64,000 nt of DNA. Source: an uncultured Candidatus Saccharibacteria bacterium. Lineage in GTDB: Bacteria; Patescibacteriota; JAUYIX01; CAYMIK01. The stretch's first letter is position 1. Every line of letters starts with the position of its first letter. Made by a program: the position numbers and the translations under genes. The notes under the pieces are model-generated. The model saw nothing but the letters and a program-made list of their open reading frames with translations, was not told the origin of the DNA and ran no database searches. Of the stretch, positions 40,630-49,721 are shown piece after piece. The stretch lies in the NCBI GenBank assembly GCA_964390745.1, contig CAYMIK010000001.1:48670-112669 (forward strand), read 5' to 3'.

Positions 40630-41709
40630 ATGATGCAAGCAAAATTTGAACGAAGAAAAATAGTCCGAACCCAAACACTTGGGGAAGTTTTTCGTCGTAC
40701 GCGGTTAGAGCGTGGTTATCAACTCGATGAAGTTGCCAAGCGTACCATGATCCCAGTGGCCTTCGTTGAATATCTGGAAAAAGGGAAGCATGAAGCACTC
40801 CCGGCACGAGTGTACGTGGAAGGCTATGTCAGAAAGGTTGCGGATGCCCTGAACCTCAACGAAAACGCCATGGTGAAAATTTATAAACGAGAAGTGGGAA
40901 TTCAGGAAAACCTCGCCAAAGAACACAAAAAACACGAAAAGACCTCGCGATTTAAAAACCCGCGGTTTGTTGTTCATCCAACGCTCCTTCGAAATGTTGT
41001 GGTTGTCCTCCTTATCTTTGCTGCCGTTGGATACCTCTGGTTTCAGGTCAGTTCGCTTTCAAAGGCTCCACAGATCTCACTCATTCAGCCCAACAGCGAT
41101 ACCCATATTAACACCGACGAACTTCTGGTGCTTGGCAATGTGAGCAAAGGCGCATCGGTAACAATTAACGGGCAGTCAGTTTTTGTGAGTGAATCGGGTG
41201 ATTTCAAGGAAAATCTTACCCTTGAAGAAGGTGCCAATAGCATTCAAGTGCAGGCGCAAAGCCGTCTAGGGAAGGTAACCACTATTACCCGACAGGTGTA
41301 TGCCGATGTTCTCACGAACACAAAAGTAGCAACGACGAAGACTTCTGGCTCATCCGGGTCAACTTCCACCACGAATGGCGTCTCGAATACGCCGGCCGGA
41401 ACACCGATGGTTTTGGGTTCTGAAACAACATCCTCGGCAACGGTTCCTGTGTCTCAAGACGTCAAGGTGGGCGTAGCCATTGCTGATACGGCTACGTGGG
41501 TACAGGTTTCAGTAGATGGGAAACAGGCTTTTTCTGGCACGATGTTGCCTGGTTCTTCAAAGTCTTTCACGGGCAAAGACAACGTCACGATTACGAGCGG
41601 TAAAGCAAACAAGACGCTTATTACGTTCAATGGAAAAAATATCGGCGCGCTCGACTCTTCTGGTGGCGTAGTGCGTGATGTAAAGTTTGATAAGAATACG
41701 AGTTTGTAA
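40630..41709 (+). CDS. rodZ: RodZ-like protein (HTH, TM, Ig-like, DUF4115-like)
   Basis: TLGEVFRRTR..LEKG....LP..VYVEGYVRK.A..L HTH, a TM helix, an Ig-like domain and C-terminal TWVQVSVDG..ITSGKA. Confidence 0.85.
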   Translation: MMQAKFERRKIVRTQTLGEVFRRTRLERGYQLDEVAKRTMIPVAFVEYLEKGKHEALPARVYVEGYVRKVADALNLNENAMVKIYKREVGIQENLAKEHKKHEKTSRFKNPRFVVHPTLLRNVVVVLLIFAAVGYLWFQVSSLSKAPQISLIQPNSDTHINTDELLVLGNVSKGASVTINGQSVFVSESGDFKENLTLEEGANSIQVQAQSRLGKVTTITRQVYADVLTNTKVATTKTSGSSGSTSTTNGVSNTPAGTPMVLGSETTSSATVPVSQDVKVGVAIADTATWVQVSVDGKQAFSGTMLPGSSKSFTGKDNVTITSGKANKTLITFNGKNIGALDSSGGVVRDVKFDKNTSL

Positions 41710-41808
41710 ATTGCAAAAACGGACAACTCACCACTGGCGAGATTGCCGGCGGGGAGGTATCTTGTATTTTCCCCGCGATCGCTCTGGCTGTGGCCAATGT
41801 GGCGTGGG

Positions 41809-42048
41809 CTAGAGCTTGGTCACGGCGGGGCCGAGCAGAGACCCGGGTGGATCACCGGAAGATTCGGGGTGTCTGTCGGCGAGCGTAAGGCGTAGCGGCC
41901 TCTGCGCGACGGGGACTTCGCGAGGTGCGGAGGTGGGCTGCGTTGGGAGCGGAGCCTCGCCGATCCCACTCCCTTGTCGGTTCCGCCGCGTGCGCAAGCC
42001 GGATTCGAATTCAGGGGTTCCCACTGCTTTTCCCTCCGCGAAGGTCAT
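41809..42048 (-). CDS. Possible hypothetical Pro-rich protein (islet D)
   Basis: 79-aa ORF overlapping the upstream ORF by 38 nt, with no clear SD. Confidence 0.35.
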   Translation of the reverse strand: MTFAEGKAVGTPEFESGLRTRRNRQGSGIGEAPLPTQPTSAPREVPVAQRPLRLTLADRHPESSGDPPGSLLGPAVTKL

Positions 42049-42226
42049 CCATGCTCAGGATGAGTTTGGGGTTTGTTAGGTCCACGGCGGGACCGGCGAA
42101 GCCGAGTCCACCTCGCCCCTCGACCATCTCCCACGGATCTCGCAGGTGGTAGGGGCGAATTCGTACTTCATTCTCGGCTGTGCGTCCAGAGGATTGAGAC
42201 TTTTCTCCAGCGGGCTCGTTCTTCAT
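42011..42226 (-). CDS. Hypothetical protein (ORFan, islet D)
   Basis: ATG at 42226 follows AAGGAAGAGG, with promoter TTTACG-18-TACCAT at 42262-42291. Confidence 0.6.
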   Translation of the reverse strand: MKNEPAGEKSQSSGRTAENEVRIRPYHLRDPWEMVEGRGGLGFAGPAVDLTNPKLILSMDDLRGGKSSGNP

Positions 42227-42393
42227 GGCCTCTTCCTTCTGACAGCGATGTGAATGATGCCATGGTACACACAAAACCCCTCTTTCGTAAAGGGTACTTT
42301 TCGGCTATAATGAACGTACTTTAATGTCTGCTTTAGACATTTTTAAGGAGGAGCTGGTAGTTTCAAGGAGCGAAGTAATTAAAGAAAGGTTTT

Positions 42394-43455
42394 ATGCCAA
42401 AAGCAAGTACAAAAGACGCTTCGATAAAAGTGAGCGAAGCTGAAAACAAAGAGCGAGCAAAGGCAGCACTCAAGGCTGTTGAACAAATTCAGGAGCGTTT
42501 TGGAGCTGGTTCGATTATGAAAATGGGAGAAGCAACCACCATGGATGTGGATGTTGTCCCAACGGGTTCGATTTCTCTTGATATCGCGCTTGGCGCAGGC
42601 GGTGTTCCTAAAGGACGCATCATCGAAATTTATGGACCTGAGTCTTCCGGAAAGACAACCTTGGCGCAACATATTGTGGCCGAAGTTCAAAAGCGTGGTG
42701 GAACAGCAGCATATATTGATGCTGAGCACGCCCTGGATCCAAAGTATGCCAAAAATGTTGGAGTGAACGTTGATGAGCTTCTCATCTCTCAGCCTGACAA
42801 CGGTGAGCAGGCCTTGGAAATTCTCGAAACCTTGGTGCAATCAAATGCGGTTGACGTTGTTGTAGTAGACTCCGTTGCTGCTCTTACGCCTCAAGCTGAA
42901 ATTGAAGGCGACATGGGTGAAGCACACATGGGCTTGCAGGCTCGACTCATGAGCCAAGCTCTGCGAAAGCTCACGGCAGCAATCAAGAAGTCTAACTGTA
43001 TCGTTGTCTTCATCAACCAAATTCGAATGAAAATTGGTGTGATGTTTGGTAACCCAGAAACGACTACGGGTGGAAATGCTTTGAAGTTTTATGCTTCTGT
43101 CCGATTGGAAATTCGACGACGAGCAACCATTAAGCGTGGTGAAGAAATGTTGGGTAACCGCGTCAAAGTAAAGGTTGCGAAGAACAAAATTGCTGCACCA
43201 TTTCAAACTGCAGAGTTTGACATCATTTTCTCAGAAGGAATTTCTCGTGAAGGTGATCTCGTTGACACTGGCGTTATGTATGGCGTTGTGAAGAAAGCTG
43301 GTGCTTGGTTCCAGTTTGGCGAAGAAAAGTTGGCGAACGGTCGCGAAGCTACCAAGGAATACTTGAAAGCGAACAAGAAGACCGCAGATGCCATCGAAAA
43401 AGCTATCTGGAAAGCCGTGAAAGATGGACAGGTGAAGGCAAAGGCAGAAGAGTAA
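42394..43455 (+). CDS. recA: Recombinase A
   Basis: [23 protein letters not shown] and [29 protein letters not shown]. Confidence 0.99.
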   Translation: MPKASTKDASIKVSEAENKERAKAALKAVEQIQERFGAGSIMKMGEATTMDVDVVPTGSISLDIALGAGGVPKGRIIEIYGPESSGKTTLAQHIVAEVQKRGGTAAYIDAEHALDPKYAKNVGVNVDELLISQPDNGEQALEILETLVQSNAVDVVVVDSVAALTPQAEIEGDMGEAHMGLQARLMSQALRKLTAAIKKSNCIVVFINQIRMKIGVMFGNPETTTGGNALKFYASVRLEIRRRATIKRGEEMLGNRVKVKVAKNKIAAPFQTAEFDIIFSEGISREGDLVDTGVMYGVVKKAGAWFQFGEEKLANGREATKEYLKANKKTADAIEKAIWKAVKDGQVKAKAEE

Positions 43456-43458
43456 AAT

Positions 43459-43490
43459 AAAAAAGGCCCTTGCAAAAGGGCCTTTTTCTT
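43459..43490 (+). terminator. Terminator after recA
   Basis: AAAAAGGCCCTT-GCAA-AAGGGCCTTTTT. Confidence 0.8.
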
Positions 43491-43504
43491 GGTAGAGAAA
43501 CTTT

Positions 43505-43846
43505 ATGAAAATCGTTCGACGAGACCAAACAAAAAAAGTTCAAAATGGAAAATCCTGTTACGCCTTTGAATATCCTATGGGAGACAAAGAAATCAACGGC
43601 GCAATCATTGGTATTACGGGGAAATACCCTGAGAATGGGCGTCTTGTGAACGAAAAGGTGCGAGAGATGGTGTATGTTATGCAAGGAAAGGGGTCAATAA
43701 CCATTGAGGGAGATTTTATACAACTCCAAGAGGGCGACCTTCTCATGATTGAGCCGGGTGAACGCTATGTTTGGGAAGGAAGTATGCGAATGTTCGTGCC
43801 GTGTGTCCCTGCTTGGTATCCTGAGCAGCATAAGCAGGTGGAATAA
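43505..43846 (+). CDS. Cupin-domain protein
   Basis: EMVYVMQGKG and GDLLMIEPGERY cupin motifs. Confidence 0.8.
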   Translation: MKIVRRDQTKKVQNGKSCYAFEYPMGDKEINGAIIGITGKYPENGRLVNEKVREMVYVMQGKGSITIEGDFIQLQEGDLLMIEPGERYVWEGSMRMFVPCVPAWYPEQHKQVE

Positions 43847-44325
43847 TGTACAACCATGAACCAAAAGGGTATCACTGCCCGTTTTGTTTGCTTGCCTCCG
43901 GGGTAGAAAACAAAAATGTCCTTACGAAACAAGACGATATTGTGTATCAAGACCGACTCGTAACGGCGTTTATTGCATCACACTGGTGGCCAAAGAATGC
44001 AGGCCACGTAATAATCATTCCCAACAAGCACTTCGAAAATATTTATGATCTCCCCGATAATCTTTCTGCACGAATTCACAAAATAGAACGAATGGTGGCC
44101 ATTGCGTTCAAGGCGGTATACCACTGTGATGGGGTAAGTTCACGACAGCACAATGAGTCGGCTGGAAATCAGGATGTCTGGCATTATCATTTGCATGTGT
44201 TTCCTCGTTATAAAAATGATCAGTTGTACGAACATCATGCACAGAAACAAGTGGCGAACCCGGAAGAAAGAAAGAGATATAGCAAAAAAATTCGGACTTA
44301 CTTTCAAAAGCATCCCGTAAAGTAG
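43846..44325 (+). CDS. HIT-family nucleotide hydrolase
   Basis: CPFC, GHVIIIP and QDVWHYHLHVFPR histidine triad. Confidence 0.92.
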   Translation: MYNHEPKGYHCPFCLLASGVENKNVLTKQDDIVYQDRLVTAFIASHWWPKNAGHVIIIPNKHFENIYDLPDNLSARIHKIERMVAIAFKAVYHCDGVSSRQHNESAGNQDVWHYHLHVFPRYKNDQLYEHHAQKQVANPEERKRYSKKIRTYFQKHPVK

Positions 44326-44328
44326 TGA

Positions 44329-44655
44329 CTATTCGCCGTACAGTTCTTTGGTGTTCACTGAGAGTTTGATAATTTCATCCATCGAGTCATCGCTGGCGGC
44401 TTTGTTGCGAAGGAGTGCGCCGCATCGTTCACACTCGTACAGAATTTTCCAGGCGCCTTTTTTGTTTTTCTGAACGCCGGTTGGTTTCAATAGACCCTCA
44501 CACGTATTCGCTCGATCCCCAGGATGAATGTCTATATGCTTGCTGTATAAACAAAAAGGGCAGTGGTTACGGTAACCAACTGCTGCCTTTTCAACTTGTT
44601 TCCCGCAGTGGGAGCAGGTGAAAGATTCGTTTTTCGGAATGAATGTTTGGGACAT
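44329..44655 (-). CDS. RNHCP-domain Zn-binding protein
   Basis: FTCSHCG, RNHCPFCLYSKH, PGDRA..C and CERCG. Confidence 0.9.
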   Translation of the reverse strand: MSQTFIPKNESFTCSHCGKQVEKAAVGYRNHCPFCLYSKHIDIHPGDRANTCEGLLKPTGVQKNKKGAWKILYECERCGALLRNKAASDDSMDEIIKLSVNTKELYGE

Positions 44656-44707
44656 TGTTTTGTAATTTCTGGGCTCGCATCTTGCGGCGCCACACTCGAA
44701 ATAACAA

Positions 44708-45265
44708 CTATGCTCGTTCTACGTACGAACCGTCTCTGGTATCAACAATAATCTCTTCGCCTTCTTTGATGAACAAAGGAGCGTTAACTTGAAGACCAGT
44801 TTCGATCTTGATCTGCTTTGATCCGCCTTGCGCAGTATCACCTTTGATTCCAGGAGGGGACTCGATAACACGGAACTTCATTTTAATTGGAAGCTCGATA
44901 GCAACGGGCGCACCGTTGTAATACATAGCTTCAAGTTCAAGACCTTCTTTCAAGTAGTCTTTCTTGTCGCCAATTTGTGATGCATCTAAGGTGATGGTTT
45001 CATAGGTGTCTTGTTCCATGAACGAAAAGCTCTTGTCGTCACCATACAGGTACTGAACTTTTCGAAGATCCAAGTCGGCGGGTTCCATGGTTTCGTTTCC
45101 TTGAACCGTCTTCTCGAGAATTGAGCCGTTGATCATGTTTCGCAGCTTCAACTTCAAGACAGCGCCGCCGCGACCCATTTTGTGGTGCTCGGCTTTGATA
45201 ATTTCATATGGTTGGCCATTGATGGATACCTCAACGCCCATTTTCAATTCGTTCATTGAAAGCAC
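44708..45265 (-). CDS. efp: Elongation factor P
   Basis: HHKMGRGGA loop, PGIKGDTAQGGSK, ETG..V.APLFI and DTRDGSYVERA. GTG start follows GAGAGG. Confidence 0.97.
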   Translation of the reverse strand: MLSMNELKMGVEVSINGQPYEIIKAEHHKMGRGGAVLKLKLRNMINGSILEKTVQGNETMEPADLDLRKVQYLYGDDKSFSFMEQDTYETITLDASQIGDKKDYLKEGLELEAMYYNGAPVAIELPIKMKFRVIESPPGIKGDTAQGGSKQIKIETGLQVNAPLFIKEGEEIIVDTRDGSYVERA

Positions 45266-45300
45266 AAGAACCTCTCACTTTTAAATCTCTATTTATAGAT

Positions 45301-45365
45301 CCTTCGGCTTTTCAAAAAAACAAAAGGCACAAAGGAAGGCTTTTGCTTTTTTGAAAAGCCGAAGG
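45301..45365. repeat. Long inverted repeat between rpsR and efp
   Basis: 19-bp perfect arms CCTTCGGCTTTTCAAAAAA / TTTTTTGAAAAGCCGAAGG with further inner pairing. Confidence 0.85.
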
Positions 45366-45371
45366 TGATGA

Positions 45372-45596
45372 TTAACGCATCTCGTACGGCAACAATGCCA
45401 TATATCGAGCACGCTTGATTGCTTGCGTCAACTTTCGTTGATGCTTGGCGCAAACGCCCGTTCGGGTTGCAGCCATAATCTTTCCGTAAGGGGAAAGAAA
45501 TCGCTTCAAGTTGCGAGAATCTTTGTAGTCGATATCTTTTGCCTGGTCGATACAGAATCGGCAGGCTCGAGCTCGCTGGTAGAATTCAGTGTTCAT
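45372..45596 (-). CDS. rpsR: 30S ribosomal protein S18 (Zn-binding form)
   Basis: CRFC, IDYKD, GKI..TG.CAKHQR.L..AIKRAR..ALLPY. Confidence 0.97.
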   Translation of the reverse strand: MNTEFYQRARACRFCIDQAKDIDYKDSRNLKRFLSPYGKIMAATRTGVCAKHQRKLTQAIKRARYMALLPYEMR

Positions 45597-45678
45597 TTAA
45601 TTATTTCTTAATACTTATGAAGTTAACGCGTGGCGTGAAAGCAGTTGCCTGCCCCCACGCGACGTTTGTTGATAAAAG

Positions 45679-46140
45679 TTAGAACGGAATGTCTTCGATG
45701 CTAATCTCTTCATCCTTTGGCGCTGCAGCTGCCGTAGAAGCAGCAGGTGCCTTGGATGTTTCGTCAATTGTCATGTTGGTAACAGGAGAGTTGGCAGCAG
45801 ATCCACCAGATGAGCGTCCGCCCAACATGATCATGTTATCAGCAATGATCTCTGTTCGGTAACGCTTCTTTCCATCGTCGCCGTCCCAGTTGCGGGTTTC
45901 AAGGCGACCTTCGATGTACACTTGAGAACCTTTCTTCAAGTACTGACCAATGATGTCAGCAAGCTTTCGCCAGGCAACCACATTGTGGAATTCGGTCTTT
46001 TCTTTGTCTCCGCCTGACTGATCTTTCCACTTCATGGATGTTGCTACTGAGAAGTTGGCAACATTTTGACCCGAAGGGGTAGTCTTTACTTCTGGATCTC
46101 GGGTAAGGCGCCCGATAATCATGACTTTGTTGAGGTCCAT
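45679..46140 (-). CDS. ssb: Single-stranded DNA-binding protein
   Basis: LNKVMIIGRLTRDPE, YLKKGSQVYIEGRL and C-terminal DIPF. Confidence 0.98.
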   Translation of the reverse strand: MDLNKVMIIGRLTRDPEVKTTPSGQNVANFSVATSMKWKDQSGGDKEKTEFHNVVAWRKLADIIGQYLKKGSQVYIEGRLETRNWDGDDGKKRYRTEIIADNMIMLGGRSSGGSAANSPVTNMTIDETSKAPAASTAAAAPKDEEISIEDIPF

Positions 46141-46213
46141 ATTGTTCCTCTAAGATTAATTTGCTCTCACTCTAGAATAGCACAGGTTAAAAGAATCTAA
46201 ACTATTCGTTAAA

Positions 46214-46873
46214 CTACTTATCGATGTCTGGATTCTTGTCCAAGTCGTCTTCTAAGATTTCATCAAGCTTCTTATCGATAGCTTCCAAATCTTTTTCAGA
46301 GGTAACCTTCTTTTCGGCCAAATCTTTCTTCATTTCTTCCTTGATCTTTTCAGCTGTTTCTTTCGTCAAAACTTCCAATTCAGGATCAGCGGCAGCAGCT
46401 TTTGCTTCTTTCTTCTTGGCTCGTTTTGCATCGCGTTCAGCTTGCAATCGTTTTACCTTCTCGGAGTCTTTCTTGATGAGCAAGAAACGCATGATTGGTT
46501 CAATGAGCTTCAGCTGCTTTTCGAGGTCAATAACCGTCCGAGGTTGCAAGTTGAGTTTCAAAACAACATACACGCCCATGTTGTGACCGTTGATTTCGTA
46601 TGAAAGTTTTTGCTTTCCCCAAATGCTCTCGTCGGCAATTTTTCCTTCGATTTTCTCAACAATCTTTCGAATGTGTTCAGAAACGGAAGCCTGCTCTACA
46701 TCGTTCACTGTTGGGGTGAGCAAGTAGGTGAGTTCGTACTGAACAGGTTCTTTATTTTCTTCTGCAGCAAAAAGTTCTACATCGGTAGCTTCGGTTTGAA
46801 GTTCCGCGTTGATATCCTTTTTTGCTTCTTCTGCTTCAACTTCTTTCGAAGCCTTGGTCTTTGCATCGGCCAT
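46214..46873 (-). CDS. rpsF: 30S ribosomal protein S6 with long charged extensions
   Basis: YELTYLL...WGKQKLSYEI...G.Y...IMRFLLIK core, in rpsF-ssb-rpsR order. Start moved to ATG 46873 (AAAGGA SD), below the promoter at 46956-46984. Confidence 0.92.
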   Translation of the reverse strand: MADAKTKASKEVEAEEAKKDINAELQTEATDVELFAAEENKEPVQYELTYLLTPTVNDVEQASVSEHIRKIVEKIEGKIADESIWGKQKLSYEINGHNMGVYVVLKLNLQPRTVIDLEKQLKLIEPIMRFLLIKKDSEKVKRLQAERDAKRAKKKEAKAAAADPELEVLTKETAEKIKEEMKKDLAEKKVTSEKDLEAIDKKLDEILEDDLDKNPDIDK

Positions 46874-46955
46874 TGATTTTCCTTTATGTATAGCTAAAAA
46901 ATAGGGTCCAGACATGGGTGCCCCGCGTATAAAGGCGGGATCTGGAAGCCCCCGC

Positions 46956-46984
46956 AGCTTATCATTTGGGGTGTTTTTTGTCAA
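46956..46984 (-). promoter_or_regulatory. rpsF operon promoter TTGACA-17-TAAGCT
   Basis: Read on the minus strand, followed by a structured leader. Confidence 0.7.
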
Positions 46985-47116
46985 GAACATGGGGCAAATT
47001 CGAAGCCCCCTCGACCACGCAGTGGCGTGAGCGAAGGAGGCCCCGAAGGACAGCCGTTGGCGGTACAACTTCGGGCGCCGTCTTCTGTCTAGGGCCAAGA
47101 AGGCGGCGTTGTGCGG

Positions 47117-47272
47117 CTACTCGAGCCGCTCTGAGAGAGCATGGAAACCGAGCGCGATGACGAGTAGTGTGAATCCGGTGTAGGGCAGGTCGTGGTCGAT
47201 GAACCAGCAACCCACGCCTCCTACTTTCTCGCATGCTCGGTTGAGTGAGCTGCTAAGTGTCAGACGGTCCAT
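47117..47272 (-). CDS. Small hydrophobic protein, 51 aa (ORFan, islet E)
   Basis: ATG at 47272 follows GAGAGGAG; MDRLTLSS...FTLLVIALGFHAL. It is the tail of a longer, probably spurious ORF-track frame. Confidence 0.6.
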   Translation of the reverse strand: MDRLTLSSSLNRACEKVGGVGCWFIDHDLPYTGFTLLVIALGFHALSERLE

Positions 47273-47304
47273 CGAGCTCCTCTCGTATGAGTCAGGATGT
47301 GTAG

Positions 47305-47862
47305 CTAACCTCGTGTCAGAAACAGACCCAGAACGATTGCGAAGGGGACCAGGATCATCGCGATGAGGTTCACGAAGATCCAAAACAGGTCCCTGGCGGT
47401 CAGATAGTTCAGAACAGGCCACCGGCCTCCGAAAAACAACTGATGGAGGCGACAGGCAAAACGATCGTGATGCTTCTCGAGCGGAGTCGCCGTGACGTTG
47501 TCGTCCGGCCAGCCTCGGGGAGCAAGCTTTCTGAAGACTCGCATCTTCACTGCGTTGGTCTGGTTCCTTGCACACCTCGAGAGCTTGAACGGGATTGTGG
47601 AGGCCACGAGCAGCAGAATCCCGATCATGTTGAACGGTCCCATCTTGGGGTAAGGCCGTGGTAGCCGTGTCCCAGGTGGGTCCAGGTGCATCCACCGCGC
47701 GTTGCTCGGATCGTGGGCGTCTTCAAGCAGTGGGATGGGGTTTCCGAATCCCCACGCCATGAAAGCTTCGCAGCCCCATTGAAGGAGGCCGCCTGCGAAC
47801 ATCACGATTCCAGCGAGAGAGTCCAGGAAGGGGGTGCGCTCGTCATGCAGCTTCGCCATCAT
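47305..47862 (-). CDS. Hypothetical membrane protein (ORFan, islet E)
   Basis: 185 aa with about 3 hydrophobic segments, SD AAAGGA and promoter TTGATT-18-TAGACT at 47914-47943. Confidence 0.7.
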   Translation of the reverse strand: MMAKLHDERTPFLDSLAGIVMFAGGLLQWGCEAFMAWGFGNPIPLLEDAHDPSNARWMHLDPPGTRLPRPYPKMGPFNMIGILLLVASTIPFKLSRCARNQTNAVKMRVFRKLAPRGWPDDNVTATPLEKHHDRFACRLHQLFFGGRWPVLNYLTARDLFWIFVNLIAMILVPFAIVLGLFLTRG

Positions 47863-47953
47863 GAGGCTTCCTTTCGATCGGCTCGAAGCCGAGGAATGAG
47901 CAAAACTGCCTGCAGTCTAGCAGGAAGGTGTTTTTAAAATCAAGTTTCTTATG

Positions 47954-49048
47954 TTAATTCGCAAAGAAGAAGTGCATGACATCGCCGTCTTGGACGACGT
48001 AGTCTTTGCCTTCGAGTTTCAATTTTCCGTGTTCACGGCAACCGGCTTCTCCGTTGAATTGAACAAAGTCTTGCCAGTTGATGACTTCTGCTTTGATAAA
48101 TCCGTTTTCGAAGTCGGTGTGAATAACACCAGCAGCTTGCGGTGCCTTGGTGCCGCGCGTTATCGTCCATGCGCGAGTTTCGGTGGGGCCACTCGTTAAA
48201 TAGGTGATGAGGTTTAAAGCTTCGTATGATTTTTGAACGAGGTCATCAAGGCCAGACTGTTTGAGTCCGTAGGTTTCGAGCAATTCTTTTTTCTCTGTCT
48301 CATCGAGCTCGGAAAGTTCTTGTTCAATTTTGACCGAAATAGCCACGGCTTCTTTAATCTCTGGTTTTTTTGCCATAACGTCTTGAAGAATTTTTTCTCG
48401 ATCTTGAATCTGTGATTCAGAAATATTCAAAACATATACAAATGGTTTGCTGGTGATAAGCTGCAAGTCGTGAATGATTTTTGCTTCGTCAGCATCTGCA
48501 GGCGAAACCGTGTTGGCCAGCTTTCCTTCGCTCAATGCTTTTTGGAGTTTTTCGTAGGCGACAGCTTCTTTGATGGATTGTTTATCGCCCGACTTCGCTT
48601 TTTTTGAGACAGCTGAAAGTCGTTTTTCGGTGGTTTCGAGATCTGCCAAAACAAGTTCTGCGTTAATTACTTCGATGTCATCCATTGGGTCAACGCGTCC
48701 TGAGACATGAATAATATCGCCGTCTTCAAACGCTCGCACGATGTGTGCAATGGCATCAACTTCACGAATGTTGGCGAGAAATTTATTTCCTAAACCTTCG
48801 CCTTTGTGCGCGTCTTTTACGAGCCCAGCAATATCGACAAATTCAATGGTGGTTGGAAGTTTTTTTACTGATTGCGAAACAACCGCAAGTTTTTCAATGC
48901 GTTCGTCGGGAACGGTAACGGTTCCAACATTTGGTTCAATGGTTGCAAACGGATAGTTTGCAGCTTCAACCTGATTTTTTGTAATGGCATTAAAGAGGGT
49001 AGACTTTCCAACGTTTGGAAGGCCAACAATGCCGACAGCAAATGACAT
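47954..49048 (-). CDS. ychF: Redox-regulated ATPase YchF
   Basis: GIVGLPNVGKSTLFN, NYPFATIEPN, DIAGLV, GLGNKFL and EGKDYVVQDGD. Confidence 0.98.
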   Translation of the reverse strand: MSFAVGIVGLPNVGKSTLFNAITKNQVEAANYPFATIEPNVGTVTVPDERIEKLAVVSQSVKKLPTTIEFVDIAGLVKDAHKGEGLGNKFLANIREVDAIAHIVRAFEDGDIIHVSGRVDPMDDIEVINAELVLADLETTEKRLSAVSKKAKSGDKQSIKEAVAYEKLQKALSEGKLANTVSPADADEAKIIHDLQLITSKPFVYVLNISESQIQDREKILQDVMAKKPEIKEAVAISVKIEQELSELDETEKKELLETYGLKQSGLDDLVQKSYEALNLITYLTSGPTETRAWTITRGTKAPQAAGVIHTDFENGFIKAEVINWQDFVQFNGEAGCREHGKLKLEGKDYVVQDGDVMHFFFAN

Positions 49049-49049
49049 A

Positions 49050-49664
49050 TTATTCAAAAAGATTAAGGAGTTCAGATGGCGAATCTACAATAGCAGCTGG
49101 ATTGCCTTCTTGCAACAGCTTTCGGTCATGGAAGCCCCAGGTAACAGCAATAGCGGGCACTCCTACTTTTGTTGCTTCCAAGATGTCTCCGAGCGTATCT
49201 GTGATAATCACCGAGCTCTCTGGGGATGCTTTATGTTTCTGCAGGAGGTACTGAATTTTTTCGTGCTTGCTTTCATGAAATTCAAAACCGAGAATTTCTT
49301 CAAATGATCCTTCGAGTCTGTGCTCTGCAAGAAATTTTTCTACGGAACTCTTTGCACTTGAGGTGACAATGTTCATACGAAAATTTTTTGAGAGACGGGA
49401 AACTACGTTCTCCATTCCGGGTACGGGGTACATACCTCGGACCCTTTTGTCATAGTTCTTTGCCCACTGCGGCTTGATGTCTTCTATGGGTACAGATGGC
49501 TTCGTGCGTATGCTATCGTAGACATTTCCTGCAAAGTACATTCTATAGTCTTCTTCTCGCGCTTCTGGTATGAATGACTGCCAAATTTCAAAGGATAATT
49601 TAAAACTATCGATGATAACACCATCAAAATCAAAGTGAAGAAGTTTTGTGTGCTTAAAAGTCAT
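49050..49664 (-). CDS. HAD-family phosphatase
   Basis: FDFDGVIIDS motif I, TS motif II, K, TDTLGD motif IV and VTWGF. Confidence 0.9.
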   Translation of the reverse strand: MTFKHTKLLHFDFDGVIIDSFKLSFEIWQSFIPEAREEDYRMYFAGNVYDSIRTKPSVPIEDIKPQWAKNYDKRVRGMYPVPGMENVVSRLSKNFRMNIVTSSAKSSVEKFLAEHRLEGSFEEILGFEFHESKHEKIQYLLQKHKASPESSVIITDTLGDILEATKVGVPAIAVTWGFHDRKLLQEGNPAAIVDSPSELLNLFE

Positions 49665-49721
49665 GAAGATAGGCCCGTTGAATGCGAAGAGTCTATCGTG
49701 GTTTGCGGCTTTTGTAAAGCA

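Noticed and set aside
41809-42226. UGA recoding (genetic code 25) joining the islet D ORFs
   Set aside because: TGA acts as a normal stop elsewhere (TGATG at 10803, ATGA at 38148), long genes contain no in-frame TGA, and the alternative frame has a TAA.
46874-47098. N-terminal 74 codons of the 294-aa rpsF ORF in the track
   Set aside because: They run through the rpsF promoter, leader and islet E tail. The SD-supported start is at 46873.
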